The position numbers were made by a program, and so were the translations under genes. Below are positions 37,641 through 49,225 of a DNA stretch of 64,000 bases, piece after piece. The stretch is from Escherichia coli (GTDB lineage Bacteria; Pseudomonadota; Gammaproteobacteria; Enterobacterales; Enterobacteriaceae), in the NCBI RefSeq assembly GCF_044324875.1, contig NZ_CP172185.1. The stretch is one strand, 5' to 3'. A model generated the notes under the pieces. The model saw only the letters and a program-made list of their open reading frames with translations, was not told where the DNA came from and made no database searches. Position 1 is the first letter of the stretch; each line of letters starts with the position of its first letter.

Positions 37641-37888
37641 ACGATTGGGGGCAGCTTATTCCTCCACATACGCCAGCGAATACGGCTTCCCCAACTTGCT
37701 CACTTCCATATGTGTCCTCCTTACCAGAAATTTATCCTTAAGCTCCTCAATAACCATTTTCCTGCTAACTAAATTCATGGTTAAGGTTGCATAATGATAC
37801 GCAACAAATGTATAACATTTTCTTTACCAAAAAAAATAAACAACAGCGACCGACAAAAGCATCGGATTACGGCAGGAGATATAATGGC

Positions 37889-39187
37889 ATGGCTGAAAGT
37901 ACTGTAACGGCAGACAGCAAACTGACAAGTAGTGATACTCGTCGCCGCATTTGGGCAATTGTGGGGGCCTCTTCAGGTAATCTGGTCGAGTGGTTCGATT
38001 TCTATGTCTACTCGTTTTGTTCACTCTACTTCGCCCACATCTTCTTCCCTTCCGGGAACACGACGACTCAACTACTGCAAACAGCAGGTGTTTTTGCTGC
38101 GGGATTTCTGATGCGCCCAATAGGCGGTTGGCTATTTGGCCGCATAGCCGATAAACATGGTCGCAAAAAATCGATGCTATTATCGGTGTGTATGATGTGT
38201 TTCGGCTCACTGGTTATCGCCTGTTTGCCAGGCTACGAAACAATCGGTACCTGGGCTCCGGCATTATTGCTTCTTGCTCGTTTATTCCAGGGATTATCCG
38301 TTGGCGGAGAATATGGCACCAGCGCCACCTATATGAGTGAAGTTGCCGTTGAAGGGCGCAAAGGTTTTTACGCATCATTTCAGTATGTGACGTTGATCGG
38401 CGGGCAACTACTAGCTCTACTGGTTGTCGTGGTTTTACAACACACCATGGAAGACGCTGCACTTAGAGAGTGGGGATGGCGTATTCCTTTCGCGTTAGGA
38501 GCTGTGTTAGCTGTTGTGGCGTTGTGGTTACGTCGTCAGTTAGATGAAACTTCACAACAAGAAACACGCGCTTTAAAAGAAGCTGGATCTCTGAAAGGAT
38601 TATGGCGCAATCGCCGTGCATTCATCATGGTTCTCGGTTTTACCGCTGCGGGCTCCCTTTGTTTCTATACCTTCACCACTTATATGCAGAAGTATCTGGT
38701 AAATACTGCGGGAATGCATGCCAACGTGGCGAGTGGCATTATGACTGCCGCATTGTTTGTATTCATGCTTATTCAACCACTTATTGGCGCGCTGTCGGAT
38801 AAGATTGGTCGTCGTACCTCAATGTTATGTTTCGGTTCTCTGGCAGCCATTTTTACCGTTCCTATTCTCTCAGCATTGCAGAACGTTTCCTCGCCTTATG
38901 CCGCTTTTGGTCTGGTGATGTGCGCCCTGCTGATCGTGAGTTTTTATACTTCAATCAGTGGAATACTGAAGGCTGAGATGTTCCCGGCACAGGTTCGTGC
39001 ATTAGGTGTTGGTCTGTCATATGCGGTCGCCAATGCTATATTTGGTGGTTCGGCGGAGTACGTAGCGTTGTCGCTGAAATCAATAGGAATGGAAACAGCC
39101 TTCTTCTGGTATGTGACCTTGATGGCCGTGGTGGCGTTTCTGGTTTCTTTGATGCTACATCGCAAAGGGAAGGGGATGCGTCTTTAG
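37889..39187 (+). CDS. kgtP: Alpha-ketoglutarate permease (MFS transporter)
   Basis: 432 aa starting [38 protein letters not shown]; ribosome-binding site GGAGA upstream. The ORF track start at 37787 is an upstream extension. Confidence 0.9.
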
Positions 39188-39507
39188 TGACGGGTCAGTT
39201 GCCAGACGGTATAGCCAGTAGTTGCACCGGCGACATCCCAGGTAAAATCTTTCCAGCTCCAGCCGCTCCCCTCGGGGCGGCTATCCCAAAGTTCTTTTGA
39301 CGCGCCCAGCCCAACAGAGAACATCAGCCCGAAAGTGGCACTGCGATCGCGACTCATCCCCTGATGCTGTGCATATTCATTTCCGGCGGCGGAAAGCATC
39401 GCCGAGGCGATAAAGTGTTGAGCTTTATCCTGCCCGCTCCAGCTATCGTTAGCCATATGGCTGCATCCAGAAAGTAACAATAGCGAACAGACAAAAAGAA
39501 TACGCAA
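39184..39507 (-). CDS. yfiM: Lipoprotein YfiM
   Basis: 107 aa with lipobox LLLSGCSHM. Confidence 0.85.
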
Positions 39508-39550
39508 AACGTGGCCTCCAAAACAAACCCCGTACAGGACGGGGTTGTGA

Positions 39551-40906
39551 TTACAGGATGCGGCTAATTAATCGGTCGATGCGGATACGGCGCAAACGAC
39601 GTATGAGTTTACGAACCTTCACCGGATAATCGGCAATACTTTGCAGGTCGCGATAGTGCTTAACGATGGTGGTATGCTCGCGGATCAGCTCCAGTTCTTT
39701 CTCTCGCTGTGGCGCAAGCTCCAGTTGCGGATCGTGGATCAAAATAGCGTTTTCCAGATCCAGACGCCAGGCGCGCGGGTTCAGGTTATTACCAGTGATC
39801 AACATCCACTTATCATCAACCCACATCCCTTTCAGGTGATAGGTGTTGTCGTCATCTTTCCATAACCGAACCACTAACTGGTCAGTGTTGACGTAATACT
39901 GCAAACGGCTCAGGAAACGACGCAGATTGATCTCATAGAGATAAGGCAATGCGCCAATTATCTTGAAAGGTTCATCTTCCGGAATGTAGAAGTCATTCGC
40001 GGTTTTATCACCAACAATAATTTCGACCTTTTTCCCTTCGCGCAGCAACTGGATAATATTGCGCACAAGGATTGCTGGCAGGTTGAAGTAAGGTGTGCAG
40101 ATGGTTAGTTTCTGCTCGGCACAAGGCATAAGATGGAAAATGGTCTTGTTCAACAGACTCGATTTCCCCAGCCCCACTAGCGGCGTTACGGAAAGCTGAT
40201 CGTTGTCGGCATCGCCCTGGAAATGATAAGCGGCATCACGCAGCTCCTGGCGGAACAGACGAATATCGTTCTTGATTTCCGGGCTTTTTGGCCGATTAAC
40301 ATCATCCAGACGATTAACGCCGCGGCCATTCATAATATTCTGTGTAACCCATTCAAACATAATGTCTGACATCTTACGGTTACGGATCAGATGATAACGG
40401 TCGTAGCGATATTTATCGTGCTGATGCAGGTAAACATCGTTCAGGCTGGCACCGCTATAAAGTACGCTATCGTCGATGATAAAGCCTTTAAAGTGCAGAA
40501 CACCAAGGGCTTCACGGGTATTGATTGGAACGCCATAAACCGGAACATCTACGCCCGGATTTTCCTGCGCCATGCGGCAGTACCAGTCAGCGTTAGTGTT
40601 AGATGCCGCAGCGCCAATGCGTCCACGTTGTGCACGATGCCAGTCGACCAGCACCCGCACATCCAGTTCCGGACGCTGCCTTTTAGCCTCATACAACGCG
40701 TTCAGAATGCCTTTGCCACCGTCATCCTGTTCGAGATACAGGGCGACAATGCAAATGCGCTGCTTCGCGCTGGCTATTTTTTCCAGCAACGTCTCCCGGA
40801 AGTCGGCGGGAGCGTAAAAGAAATCGACATCATCAACTGATTGAGAAATCTTGGGTAGTTGGGCAAGGTGTTGTTGATGTTTATTACGCTTAAATTTTGA
40901 CAACAT
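39551..40906 (-). CDS. pssA: CDP-diacylglycerol--serine O-phosphatidyltransferase (phosphatidylserine synthase)
   Basis: 451 aa (second Met of the track ORF); phospholipase-D-like HKG/HxK motifs. Confidence 0.9.
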   Translation of the reverse strand: MLSKFKRNKHQQHLAQLPKISQSVDDVDFFYAPADFRETLLEKIASAKQRICIVALYLEQDDGGKGILNALYEAKRQRPELDVRVLVDWHRAQRGRIGAAASNTNADWYCRMAQENPGVDVPVYGVPINTREALGVLHFKGFIIDDSVLYSGASLNDVYLHQHDKYRYDRYHLIRNRKMSDIMFEWVTQNIMNGRGVNRLDDVNRPKSPEIKNDIRLFRQELRDAAYHFQGDADNDQLSVTPLVGLGKSSLLNKTIFHLMPCAEQKLTICTPYFNLPAILVRNIIQLLREGKKVEIIVGDKTANDFYIPEDEPFKIIGALPYLYEINLRRFLSRLQYYVNTDQLVVRLWKDDDNTYHLKGMWVDDKWMLITGNNLNPRAWRLDLENAILIHDPQLELAPQREKELELIREHTTIVKHYRDLQSIADYPVKVRKLIRRLRRIRIDRLISRIL

Positions 40907-41019
40907 CACAGTGCATTTCTTCTCTGTTCATTGAAGGGTCCTCTGTGCAATGCAGACGACATAAGCGGGCAATAATAACACCAGTCCCGATTAAGTGGTC
41001 AACATTTCCAGTACCTTAC

Positions 41020-43680
41020 TCATGATTCCTCGCGCTGGGCAAGACTTAGCGTAAGCCCAACGATCCCCTCTTCGAGCTGGATATCAACGTTAAACCCTAG
41101 CTTGCGGGCCAGCGCCACCATGCCACGATTGTTTGGCATCGTAATACCATTCAGACGTTGTAGTCCGTGATCTCGCGTATAGGTAATCAACTTTTCCATT
41201 AAGCGTCGACCTAAGCCTAACCCTTTGAGATCCGAGCGAACCAGCACGGCAAATTCGGCATCGATGTTATCAGGGTCGGAGATCGCACGTGTGACGCCGA
41301 GGATCTCTTCCGTTTGATCAATTCGTCGTACCGCTACAAATGCCATTTCCCGATCGTAGTCGATCTGCGTCATGTTGGCTAAATCTTCATGGGTAAATTC
41401 GTTGATCTCGCTAAAGTAGCGGTAATAAAGATCTTCTTTGGTGACTCGCGAAATGAATTGCTGAAGCTGTGGCTCATCTTCTGGCAAAATCGGGCGGAAC
41501 AAGCAGCGTTCACCGTTTTTCAATTCTACCCATTCTTCCAGCTGATGCGGATAAGGGCGCACAGCCAGCCGGCTCTCGTTATCACCTTCAAACGGCGCGA
41601 TATCCAGCGTGACATCCAGCGCGGTAAATTCACTGCCAGAAGCCAGCAAAGGATGAATATCCAGACGCTGAATTTCCGGGCAATCGACAATCAAGTTGGA
41701 AACCTGCACCAGAAGCTGGCTCAAGCCTGCAACATCCAATGGGCGTAGCGCACTGCGCGCACGAATCTTTTTACTTTTGATCCCCTGAATAACCAGATAG
41801 CGGGCCAGGTTCATGTTCAGCGGCGGCAGTGCGACGACGGCTTGATCTTCAGGACGCCACTCCACACCGCCTTCACCCAGCATGATTAACGGCCCGAAAA
41901 CTGGATCGTGCTCAACCACAACCCGCAACTCCTGAGCGCCAGCACGGTTAGCCATACTTTGCACCAACAGGCCGTGGACCCGCGCCTGCGGCCAGGCCAT
42001 TTTTACGCGATCGAAAATAGCGTTTGCCGCTTGCTGGACTTCATTGGCTGTACGTAAGTAGAGCATGACGCCCTGAACTTCCGATTTATGTGGAATATCC
42101 GGCGAGCGCAATTTCAGTGCCACCGGATAGCCAATCTGTTCGGCAATATGTACCGCTTCGGTGCTATCACTGGCAATCCAGGTAGGGAGAGTATTCATAC
42201 CATACGCTTGCAGGATGGGCTGAACTTCATGGGTATCAAGCGACGTAGCCCCTTCGGCAATCGCGTGTTGCAACAGAAGATGCGCTTCTGCGGTATTGGA
42301 GGTCAGATTGCTGGGCAACGCCGGCGTTTCGCGTAGTTGCTTCTGATTACGCCGGTACTCCACCATATGCATAAAAGCAGTGATGGTTCCTTCCGGCGTG
42401 CGATAGGTCGGCAGCCCGGCTTCACTGAATAATCGTCGTGCCTCTTGCGAGGAGTACTCGCCACACCAGTTCGTCAGCAGAGAAACATACTTGCTGCGGG
42501 GATGATGCTTTACCGCTTCAATTAATACTTGCGCGCTTTCTGTTGCGGGAGCAGCGGCGCTGGGCGAATGAATAACCATCAGCGCATCAAAATCCTGGCT
42601 GTGGAGCAGAATGTCCAGCGTTTTGACATAATGCTCGCTGCTGGCGTCATCGCGCAGATCGAGCGGGTTAGAGATTGCCACATGTCCTGGCAGTGCATCG
42701 CGCAGTTTCTGGCAGGTTTCTTCGCTTAGCGTTGCCAGCTTGCCATTGCGTGACCATAAGGCATCCAGCGCCAGCGCGGCAGGCGCAGCACCGTTGCTGA
42801 TAATCATCAACCGGTCGCCACGCAGCGGGCGCATATGGCTAAGGGTTTCCACCGCCGAAAACAGTTCGTGGGTGTCCTGTACCCGCAACAAACCGGCACG
42901 CTGAATAGCCGCATCCCACGCCGGATCCATTCCTGCCGTGGTGTTCAACAGACGTTGAGCCGCCGGGCTACGTCCGCTTTTAATCACCAGAATCGGTTTA
43001 TTGCGAGAGGCACTACGGGCCGCCGAAACAAAGCGTCGCGCGTCGCTTAACTGTTCGAGATAGAGCAGGATGGCGCTGGTTTTACTGTCGCGCGCCAGAT
43101 AGTCGAGCAATTCATCAACGTCGATATCCAGGCTGTCGCCGAGCGCAATAAAGTAGGAAAAGCCCATCTCACGCTGTTGCGCCCAGTCGAGGATGGTGTT
43201 GGAGACGGCAGCCGATTGCGAAATAAACGCCAGTTTGCCGCGTTTAATCGGCACAGGCGAAAAGCTGGCATTCAGACCCTGCCAGGGAGCCAGTAAGCCC
43301 AGACTGTTTGGTCCTAGCAGGCGCATGTTATGGCGTAGGGTGCAGGCGCGGAGATCTTCATGTTGCGATGCCGGGGCGGAAAGAATAATGCAGGTTTTAC
43401 AGCCTTTCTCGCCGAGCTCTTCCAGAAGAGCAAGATTACGGCTGGCATTGGTACATAAAACCGCAAGGTCGGGTGTAAAGGGCAAGCTGGCAATATCCGG
43501 CCAGGCCAACACACCCAACACCGCTTTCCAGGCTGGCGTCACCGGGAGTACCGGTCCGTTAAAGCCTCCCGCCAGCAGGTTACGCATCATCAGGTAACCT
43601 GCGCGATTGGGTTTCATCGATGCGCCAATTACCGCAATCGATTTTGGTCGCAGTAGTGCTTCCAGTCCTCGCTGACTCAT
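41020..43680 (-). CDS. patZ: Protein lysine acetyltransferase Pat/PatZ (YfiQ): CoA-binding + ATP-grasp-like + GNAT
   Basis: 886-aa ORF; C-terminal GNAT motif RRLGLGRRLM. Confidence 0.9.
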   Translation of the reverse strand: MSQRGLEALLRPKSIAVIGASMKPNRAGYLMMRNLLAGGFNGPVLPVTPAWKAVLGVLAWPDIASLPFTPDLAVLCTNASRNLALLEELGEKGCKTCIILSAPASQHEDLRACTLRHNMRLLGPNSLGLLAPWQGLNASFSPVPIKRGKLAFISQSAAVSNTILDWAQQREMGFSYFIALGDSLDIDVDELLDYLARDSKTSAILLYLEQLSDARRFVSAARSASRNKPILVIKSGRSPAAQRLLNTTAGMDPAWDAAIQRAGLLRVQDTHELFSAVETLSHMRPLRGDRLMIISNGAAPAALALDALWSRNGKLATLSEETCQKLRDALPGHVAISNPLDLRDDASSEHYVKTLDILLHSQDFDALMVIHSPSAAAPATESAQVLIEAVKHHPRSKYVSLLTNWCGEYSSQEARRLFSEAGLPTYRTPEGTITAFMHMVEYRRNQKQLRETPALPSNLTSNTAEAHLLLQHAIAEGATSLDTHEVQPILQAYGMNTLPTWIASDSTEAVHIAEQIGYPVALKLRSPDIPHKSEVQGVMLYLRTANEVQQAANAIFDRVKMAWPQARVHGLLVQSMANRAGAQELRVVVEHDPVFGPLIMLGEGGVEWRPEDQAVVALPPLNMNLARYLVIQGIKSKKIRARSALRPLDVAGLSQLLVQVSNLIVDCPEIQRLDIHPLLASGSEFTALDVTLDIAPFEGDNESRLAVRPYPHQLEEWVELKNGERCLFRPILPEDEPQLQQFISRVTKEDLYYRYFSEINEFTHEDLANMTQIDYDREMAFVAVRRIDQTEEILGVTRAISDPDNIDAEFAVLVRSDLKGLGLGRRLMEKLITYTRDHGLQRLNGITMPNNRGMVALARKLGFNVDIQLEEGIVGLTLSLAQREES

Positions 43681-43711
43681 ACCGGTCTCCCGCAGAAGTG
43701 ACCGAATGATT

Positions 43712-44410
43712 TTAAACGCTTTCTAACTGTTCTGCTGTGATGCTACCCAGATGTTGCGTTTTTCCTGCCAGATAGCGTGTTTTAAAGCGGGTAAAATGCT
43801 CGCCTAACCCTGCCGCCGCCCCGGTATCGCCGGCCATATCTAACAGTGCGATGGCTACTTCGGCAGTACAATATTGGCCTTCAGCCTGGGCTTCACGCAG
43901 GCGATAGGCAGAAAGCCGGGAAAGATCGACGGAAATGACGGGAAGATTATCCAGATACGGACTTTTACGAAACATCTTGCGAGCTTCCGGCCAGGTACCA
44001 TCGAGCATGATAAACAGCGGTGGCTTACCGGCAGGTGGTGTGAAGATCACTTCCCGTTGCTCGTCAGCATACGAGGCGGGAAAGACCACCATTGGTTGAT
44101 AGTCCGGGTTTTGCACCAGATCCAGCAAATCTTGCGAGGGTTCGGTACGCGACCATTGAAACGCAACGGTATCAGGCAAAATATCAGCAATCAGACGCCC
44201 GGTATTACTGGGCTTCATTGGCTCGGTGTCGAACATCAGCAAACAAAAGCGACTTTTTGCTTGTGCTGGGGTAATTGTCGAACAGAGACATAATTTCTCT
44301 GGCAAAAGACAGCGTTGGCAGCGACGAACGCGATTTCCGCGGGCAAGAAAAGGACGTGTTGCGCGCGCAATACGCTCGGCGCGTAACTGGAGAACAGCGT
44401 TTTCGGTCAT
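43712..44410 (-). CDS. yfiP: DTW-domain tRNA-uridine aminocarboxypropyltransferase (YfiP/TapT)
   Basis: 232 aa starting MTENAVLQLRAERIARA; Cys-rich CQRCLLPEKLCLC and DGTW motif. The ORF track start at 44461 is an upstream extension. Confidence 0.85.
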   Translation of the reverse strand: MTENAVLQLRAERIARATRPFLARGNRVRRCQRCLLPEKLCLCSTITPAQAKSRFCLLMFDTEPMKPSNTGRLIADILPDTVAFQWSRTEPSQDLLDLVQNPDYQPMVVFPASYADEQREVIFTPPAGKPPLFIMLDGTWPEARKMFRKSPYLDNLPVISVDLSRLSAYRLREAQAEGQYCTAEVAIALLDMAGDTGAAAGLGEHFTRFKTRYLAGKTQHLGSITAEQLESV

Positions 44411-44478
44411 AAGAGAGTGTCGAAAAAACGCTATTGTCGCAGAGGAGAAAACGGGGCACAAGATGCGCCCCGGTAAGA

Positions 44479-44898
44479 TTAAAGAGATTCGTTCAGCCAG
44501 CTGTCGAACGGCGCTTTCGGTACTGCGCCATTAAGCATGTCGACAACCTGACCGTTTTTGAAAATCATGATCGTCGGTATGCTACGAATTCCAAAGCGGC
44601 TGCTTAATTCACGTTCAGCTTCGGTATTCACTTTCACAAAGCGCACTTTACCGCTACGCTCTTGCGCGACATCTTCAAAAATTGGTGCGAAATTACGGCA
44701 GGGACCGCACCACGGTGCCCAGAAGTCGATCACCACAGGTAGATCATCTTTCAGCAATTTGTCGAACGTTTCACCGGTCGCATTAATAACCTCTCCGTCA
44801 AACAAGTCGTGACCGCAGCGTCCGCATTTTGCCGCATCTTCGATCCGATCGTCGGGAATGCGATTGATGGCCTGACAATGGGTACAAACGGTATTCAT
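44479..44898 (-). CDS. trxC: Thioredoxin 2
   Basis: 139 aa; N-terminal zinc finger CTHCQ...CGRCGH and active site WCGPC. Confidence 0.92.
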   Translation of the reverse strand: MNTVCTHCQAINRIPDDRIEDAAKCGRCGHDLFDGEVINATGETFDKLLKDDLPVVIDFWAPWCGPCRNFAPIFEDVAQERSGKVRFVKVNTEAERELSSRFGIRSIPTIMIFKNGQVVDMLNGAVPKAPFDSWLNESL

Positions 44899-45104
44899 AA
44901 CTAACCTCGGGATGAGTAAGGAGACTTATCGGCAACGACGCCGGTATGTTTCTAATATGTTACATATTATCGGGGACATTGTTCCAGACAACAATCTGTT
45001 TTATTCAATAGGTATGATAGTCGCAGGCTTTGGTACGAAATCATGGCGAACCGCGCGCACTTCGGGTAATCTGCGCGCTTCGCGCAGCGCTGGTGGAGAA
45101 AAGC

Positions 45105-46142
45105 ATGAACGATGAAATGAAAGGTAAAAGCGGCAAGGTCAAAGTGATGTATGTCCGCAGTGATGATGATTCTGATAAACGTACCCACAACCCGCGTACC
45201 GGGAAAGGGGGCGGGCGTCCAGGAAAATCTCGTGCTGACGGTGGCCGTCGCCCCGCCCGCGATGACAAACAAAGTCAGCCCCGTGACCGCAAGTGGGAAG
45301 AGTCGCCCTGGCGTACAGTTTCCCGCGCGCCGGGTGATGAGACGCCGGAAAAGGCCGATCACGGTGGCATAAGTGGTAAAAGTTTTATTGATCCGGAAGT
45401 TTTGCGTCGTCAGCGTGCGGAAGAAACCCGCGTCTACGGCGAAAATGCATGTCAGGCACTGTTCCAGAGCCGTCCGGAAGCGATTGTTCGCGCCTGGTTT
45501 ATCCAGAGTGTAACGCCGCGTTTTAAAGAAGCCTTGCGCTGGATGGCGGCAAACCGCAAAGCGTACCATGTGGTGGATGAAGCGGAACTGACAAAAGCGT
45601 CAGGCACGGAACATCACGGCGGCGTTTGCTTCCTGATCAAAAAGCGTAACGGTACAACCGTGCAGCAGTGGGTAAGCCAGGCAGGCGCGCAGGATTGTGT
45701 ACTGGCCCTGGAAAACGAATCTAACCCGCATAACCTGGGGGGCATGATGCGCAGCTGTGCGCACTTCGGCGTGAAAGGCGTTGTGGTGCAGGATGCGGCA
45801 CTGCTGGAATCGGGTGCGGCTATCCGTACCGCAGAAGGCGGCGCAGAGCACGTTCAGCCGATTACTGGCGACAACATTGTTAACGTGCTGGATGATTTCC
45901 GACAGGCGGGTTACACCGTGGTGACCACTTCCAGCGAGCAGGGTAAACCGCTGTTCAAAACCAGTCTACCAGCGAAAATGGTGCTGGTGTTGGGTCAGGA
46001 ATATGAAGGGTTACCGGATGCCGCACGCGATCCGAACGATTTGCGCGTGAAGATTGATGGTACTGGCAACGTTGCCGGGCTAAATATCTCTGTCGCAACC
46101 GGCGTTTTACTTGGTGAATGGTGGCGTCAGAATAAAGCCTGA
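45105..46142 (+). CDS. yfiF: SpoU-family RNA 2'-O-methyltransferase YfiF
   Basis: 345 aa starting [17 protein letters not shown] with an Arg/Lys-rich N-terminal extension. The ORF track start at 45030 is an upstream extension. Confidence 0.85.
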   Translation: MNDEMKGKSGKVKVMYVRSDDDSDKRTHNPRTGKGGGRPGKSRADGGRRPARDDKQSQPRDRKWEESPWRTVSRAPGDETPEKADHGGISGKSFIDPEVLRRQRAEETRVYGENACQALFQSRPEAIVRAWFIQSVTPRFKEALRWMAANRKAYHVVDEAELTKASGTEHHGGVCFLIKKRNGTTVQQWVSQAGAQDCVLALENESNPHNLGGMMRSCAHFGVKGVVVQDAALLESGAAIRTAEGGAEHVQPITGDNIVNVLDDFRQAGYTVVTTSSEQGKPLFKTSLPAKMVLVLGQEYEGLPDAARDPNDLRVKIDGTGNVAGLNISVATGVLLGEWWRQNKA

Positions 46143-46189
46143 TAAATCAGCCGGGTGGTAACTCTGCCATCCGGCGTTTTCCCGCAAAT

Positions 46190-46879
46190 TTACTCACTCT
46201 CTGCCGGTAATACTGGCATCCAGTCAATCGGCGTCTCGCCACGTTGTTCCAGCCACTGATTTGCCTGCACAAAATGGTTACAGCCAAAGAATCCACGATG
46301 CGCAGAAAGCGGCGACGGATGCGGTGCTTTCAGTACATGATGGCGTTGCTTATCTATAATCGCCCCTTTCTTTTGCGCATGTGATCCCCATAACAAAAAC
46401 ACCACACCTTCGCGGTGCTGGTTAATCAGGCTGATGACTTTATCTGTAAACGTCTCCCAGCCGAGGCTGGCGTGGGAATGCGCCTGACCTGCGCGAACCG
46501 TCAAGACGGTATTGAGCAGCAGAACGCCCTGACGCGCCCAGCTTTCAAGATAACCATGATTAGGGCGGGTGAAGCCGGGAATAGTATTTTCCAGCTCTTT
46601 ATACATATTCAGCAGTGACGGCGGTGTCGCAATGCCGGGGCGAACGGAAAATGCCAGACCATGCGCCTGTCCCGGTCCGTGATAAGGATCCTGACCGAGG
46701 ATCACCACTTTAACGTCACCCAACTCTGTAAAGCGGAAGGCGTTAAAGACATCTTTTTGTGGTGGATAGATAGTGACGCCGGACTGCCGCTCGCTGGCGA
46801 CGGTCTGAAGGGTATTAAGAAAATAGGGTTGCTGCTTCTCTTCTGCCAGCACATCATGCCAGGTTAATTCGTTAGCCAT
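46190..46879 (-). CDS. ung: Uracil-DNA glycosylase
   Basis: 229 aa; motifs GQDPYH and HPSPLS. Confidence 0.95.
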   Translation of the reverse strand: MANELTWHDVLAEEKQQPYFLNTLQTVASERQSGVTIYPPQKDVFNAFRFTELGDVKVVILGQDPYHGPGQAHGLAFSVRPGIATPPSLLNMYKELENTIPGFTRPNHGYLESWARQGVLLLNTVLTVRAGQAHSHASLGWETFTDKVISLINQHREGVVFLLWGSHAQKKGAIIDKQRHHVLKAPHPSPLSAHRGFFGCNHFVQANQWLEQRGETPIDWMPVLPAESE

Positions 46880-47182
46880 CTCGCTCTCCTGCGAATCTTC
46901 AATCCGCCTAGCTTAACTGCTTCTTTCTACAGAACAAAATCATGCTCATTTTATAGACAAAAAGACATGCAAAAAAATGTAAATTGGTAAAATTTCACAC
47001 CTGCATAAGTTGATGTAAAACAATAAAACCCATTTGTGACCACACTCGATATGTGTTTTTTATTGATTTAAATCAAAGAATCAAGGGTGATTGAGGAGTA
47101 TATATACACTCAAGCAACAATGGTTTTACCAATTGGCCGCGACAGGCTGAACAAATCAATAATTTTGCCGGGGAGGCATCAC

Positions 47183-47566
47183 ATGATTACAGGTATCCAG
47201 ATTACTAAAGCCGCTAATGACGATCTGCTGAACTCTTTCTGGCTGCTGGACAGCGAAAAAGGCGAAGCGCGTTGCATCGTTGCGAAAGCAGGTTTTGCAG
47301 AAGACGAAGTGGTTGCAGTAAGCAAACTGGGTGACATTGAGTACCGTGAAGTTCCAGTAGAAGTGAAACCAGAAGTTCGCGTTGAAGGTGGTCAACACCT
47401 GAACGTTAACGTTCTGCGTCGTGAAACTCTGGAAGATGCAGTTAAGCATCCGGAAAAATATCCGCAGCTGACCATCCGTGTATCCGGTTATGCAGTTCGC
47501 TTTAACTCTCTGACTCCGGAACAGCAGCGCGACGTTATCGCTCGTACCTTTACTGAAAGCCTGTAA
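47183..47566 (+). CDS. grcA: Autonomous glycyl radical cofactor GrcA (YfiD)
   Basis: 127 aa starting [14 protein letters not shown]; C-terminal glycyl-radical motif RVSGYAV; ribosome-binding site GGGAGG upstream. The ORF track start at 47087 is an upstream extension. Confidence 0.9.
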
Positions 47567-47621
47567 GGCTTAAGTAGCAAGTTACTAAGCGGAAGAGGGC
47601 GACTTCTTCCGCTTTTTTTCG

Positions 47622-48209
47622 TTAATAGAAAATGCGTACCGCGCAATAGACCAGCAACAGGGCAAGCACGATATTTAACTGGCGACCATACTGGCGAAAC
47701 AATCGCTGAAACAGATGCCCCGCCAGCGCCCAGCACACATTGCCAAACGTCCCAATCATCGCCAGCAAAACGCTGACGCCAACTACCCAGCTTAGCGCCT
47801 GCGTTTGCGGCAGGACAAACGTCGACAGTGCCGTAACGCCATACAAAATGATTTTGACGTTCACAAACTGCAAAGCAAAGCTGGCCCAAAAGCTGATTGG
47901 TTTTGCCTGAAGTCCGTCTTCCTTTGTTGGACTGGTAGCGATTTTCCACGCCAGCCAGACAATGTATGCCGCTCCTGCCCAACTCAACAGATGCACTGCT
48001 GCCGGGTCGATAACAGCCAGTGAAAACGAAATTCCCGCACACAGCAACATGACGATTAAAAATCCCAGACTCATCCCTGCCAGCACGCGGGTACTCTGAC
48101 GAAATCCGTGCGATGTGGCTGAGCTAAGGGCGAGAATATTGTTCGGTCCTGGCGTCATGGCGGTAATCAGGGTGTAAGTCCAAAAAGCACTTAAAAGGGT
48201 CGGTGTCAC
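47622..48209 (-). CDS. eamB: Cysteine/O-acetylserine exporter EamB (YfiK), LysE family
   Basis: 195-aa membrane protein MTPTLLSAFWTYTLITAMTPGPNN... Confidence 0.88.
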   Translation of the reverse strand: MTPTLLSAFWTYTLITAMTPGPNNILALSSATSHGFRQSTRVLAGMSLGFLIVMLLCAGISFSLAVIDPAAVHLLSWAGAAYIVWLAWKIATSPTKEDGLQAKPISFWASFALQFVNVKIILYGVTALSTFVLPQTQALSWVVGVSVLLAMIGTFGNVCWALAGHLFQRLFRQYGRQLNIVLALLLVYCAVRIFY

Positions 48210-48311
48210 TTGTTATCTCCTCTGTTTTGGTAGACAGTACCCGACACGGAACATTTAAAAAAATGAATGTTTTTACATTCTGAATTCGATATTTTTGATA
48301 GGTTTGGAGTT

Positions 48312-49193
48312 ATGGATCTGCGCCGTTTTATTACGCTTAAAACCGTGGTGGAAGAGGGTTCCTTTTTGCGAGCTTCGCAAAAATTGTGCTGTACACAATC
48401 GACGGTGACTTTTCATATTCAGCAGCTTGAACAGGAGTTCTCGGTACAGTTGTTTGAGAAAATTGGTCGACGGATGTGCCTCACTCGCGAAGGAAAAAAG
48501 CTGCTGCCGCACATCTATGAACTTACCCGAGTGATGGATACGCTTCGTGAGGCTGCCAAAAAAGAGTCGGATCCGGACGGGGAACTACGCGTTGTTTCGG
48601 GCGAAACGTTGCTCTCTTACCGAATGCCGGAGGTGTTGCAGCGTTTTCGGCAACGCGCACCAAAAGTGCGTTTATCGTTGCAGTCGCTGAACTGTTACGT
48701 GATCCGTGATGCACTACTGAATGATGAGGCCGATGTTGGCGTCTTTTATCGCGTAGGAAATGATGATGCTTTGAACCGACGGGAGTTGGGTGAACAATCG
48801 CTGGTGCTGGTGGCTTCACCACAAATTGCAGATGTCGATTTTACTGAGCCGGGAAGACATAACGCCTGTAGCTTTATTATCAACGAACCGCAATGTGTCT
48901 TCCGGCAGATATTTGAGAGCACGCTGCGTCAGCGGCGGATCACGGTGGAAAACACCATTGAGCTGTTAAGCATTGAAAGTATCAAGCGTTGTGTCGCGGC
49001 GAATATCGGGGTCAGTTACTTACCGCGTTTTGCGGTGGATAAAGAGCTTGAGAGCGGAGAATTAATTGAATTGCCTTTTGGCGAACAGTCGCAGACCATT
49101 ACGGCCATGTGCGCACACCATGCTGGAAAAGCGGTTAGCCCGGCGATGCACACTTTTATTCAGTGTGTTGAAGAGTGTTTTTTGCCGGGATAA
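48312..49193 (+). CDS. yfiE: LysR-family transcriptional regulator YfiE
   Basis: 293 aa starting MDLRRFITLKTVVEEGSF (helix-turn-helix); divergent from eamB. Confidence 0.85.
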   Translation: MDLRRFITLKTVVEEGSFLRASQKLCCTQSTVTFHIQQLEQEFSVQLFEKIGRRMCLTREGKKLLPHIYELTRVMDTLREAAKKESDPDGELRVVSGETLLSYRMPEVLQRFRQRAPKVRLSLQSLNCYVIRDALLNDEADVGVFYRVGNDDALNRRELGEQSLVLVASPQIADVDFTEPGRHNACSFIINEPQCVFRQIFESTLRQRRITVENTIELLSIESIKRCVAANIGVSYLPRFAVDKELESGELIELPFGEQSQTITAMCAHHAGKAVSPAMHTFIQCVEECFLPG

Positions 49194-49225
49194 AAATAAT
49201 GCCGGGCTTAAACCCGGCATTGAGA

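Noticed and set aside
47488-48042. 184-aa minus-strand ORF overlapping eamB
   Set aside because: Alternative frame of the eamB region; eamB (47622-48209) gives a coherent LysE-family membrane protein whereas this frame is Arg/Cys/Gly-rich nonsense.
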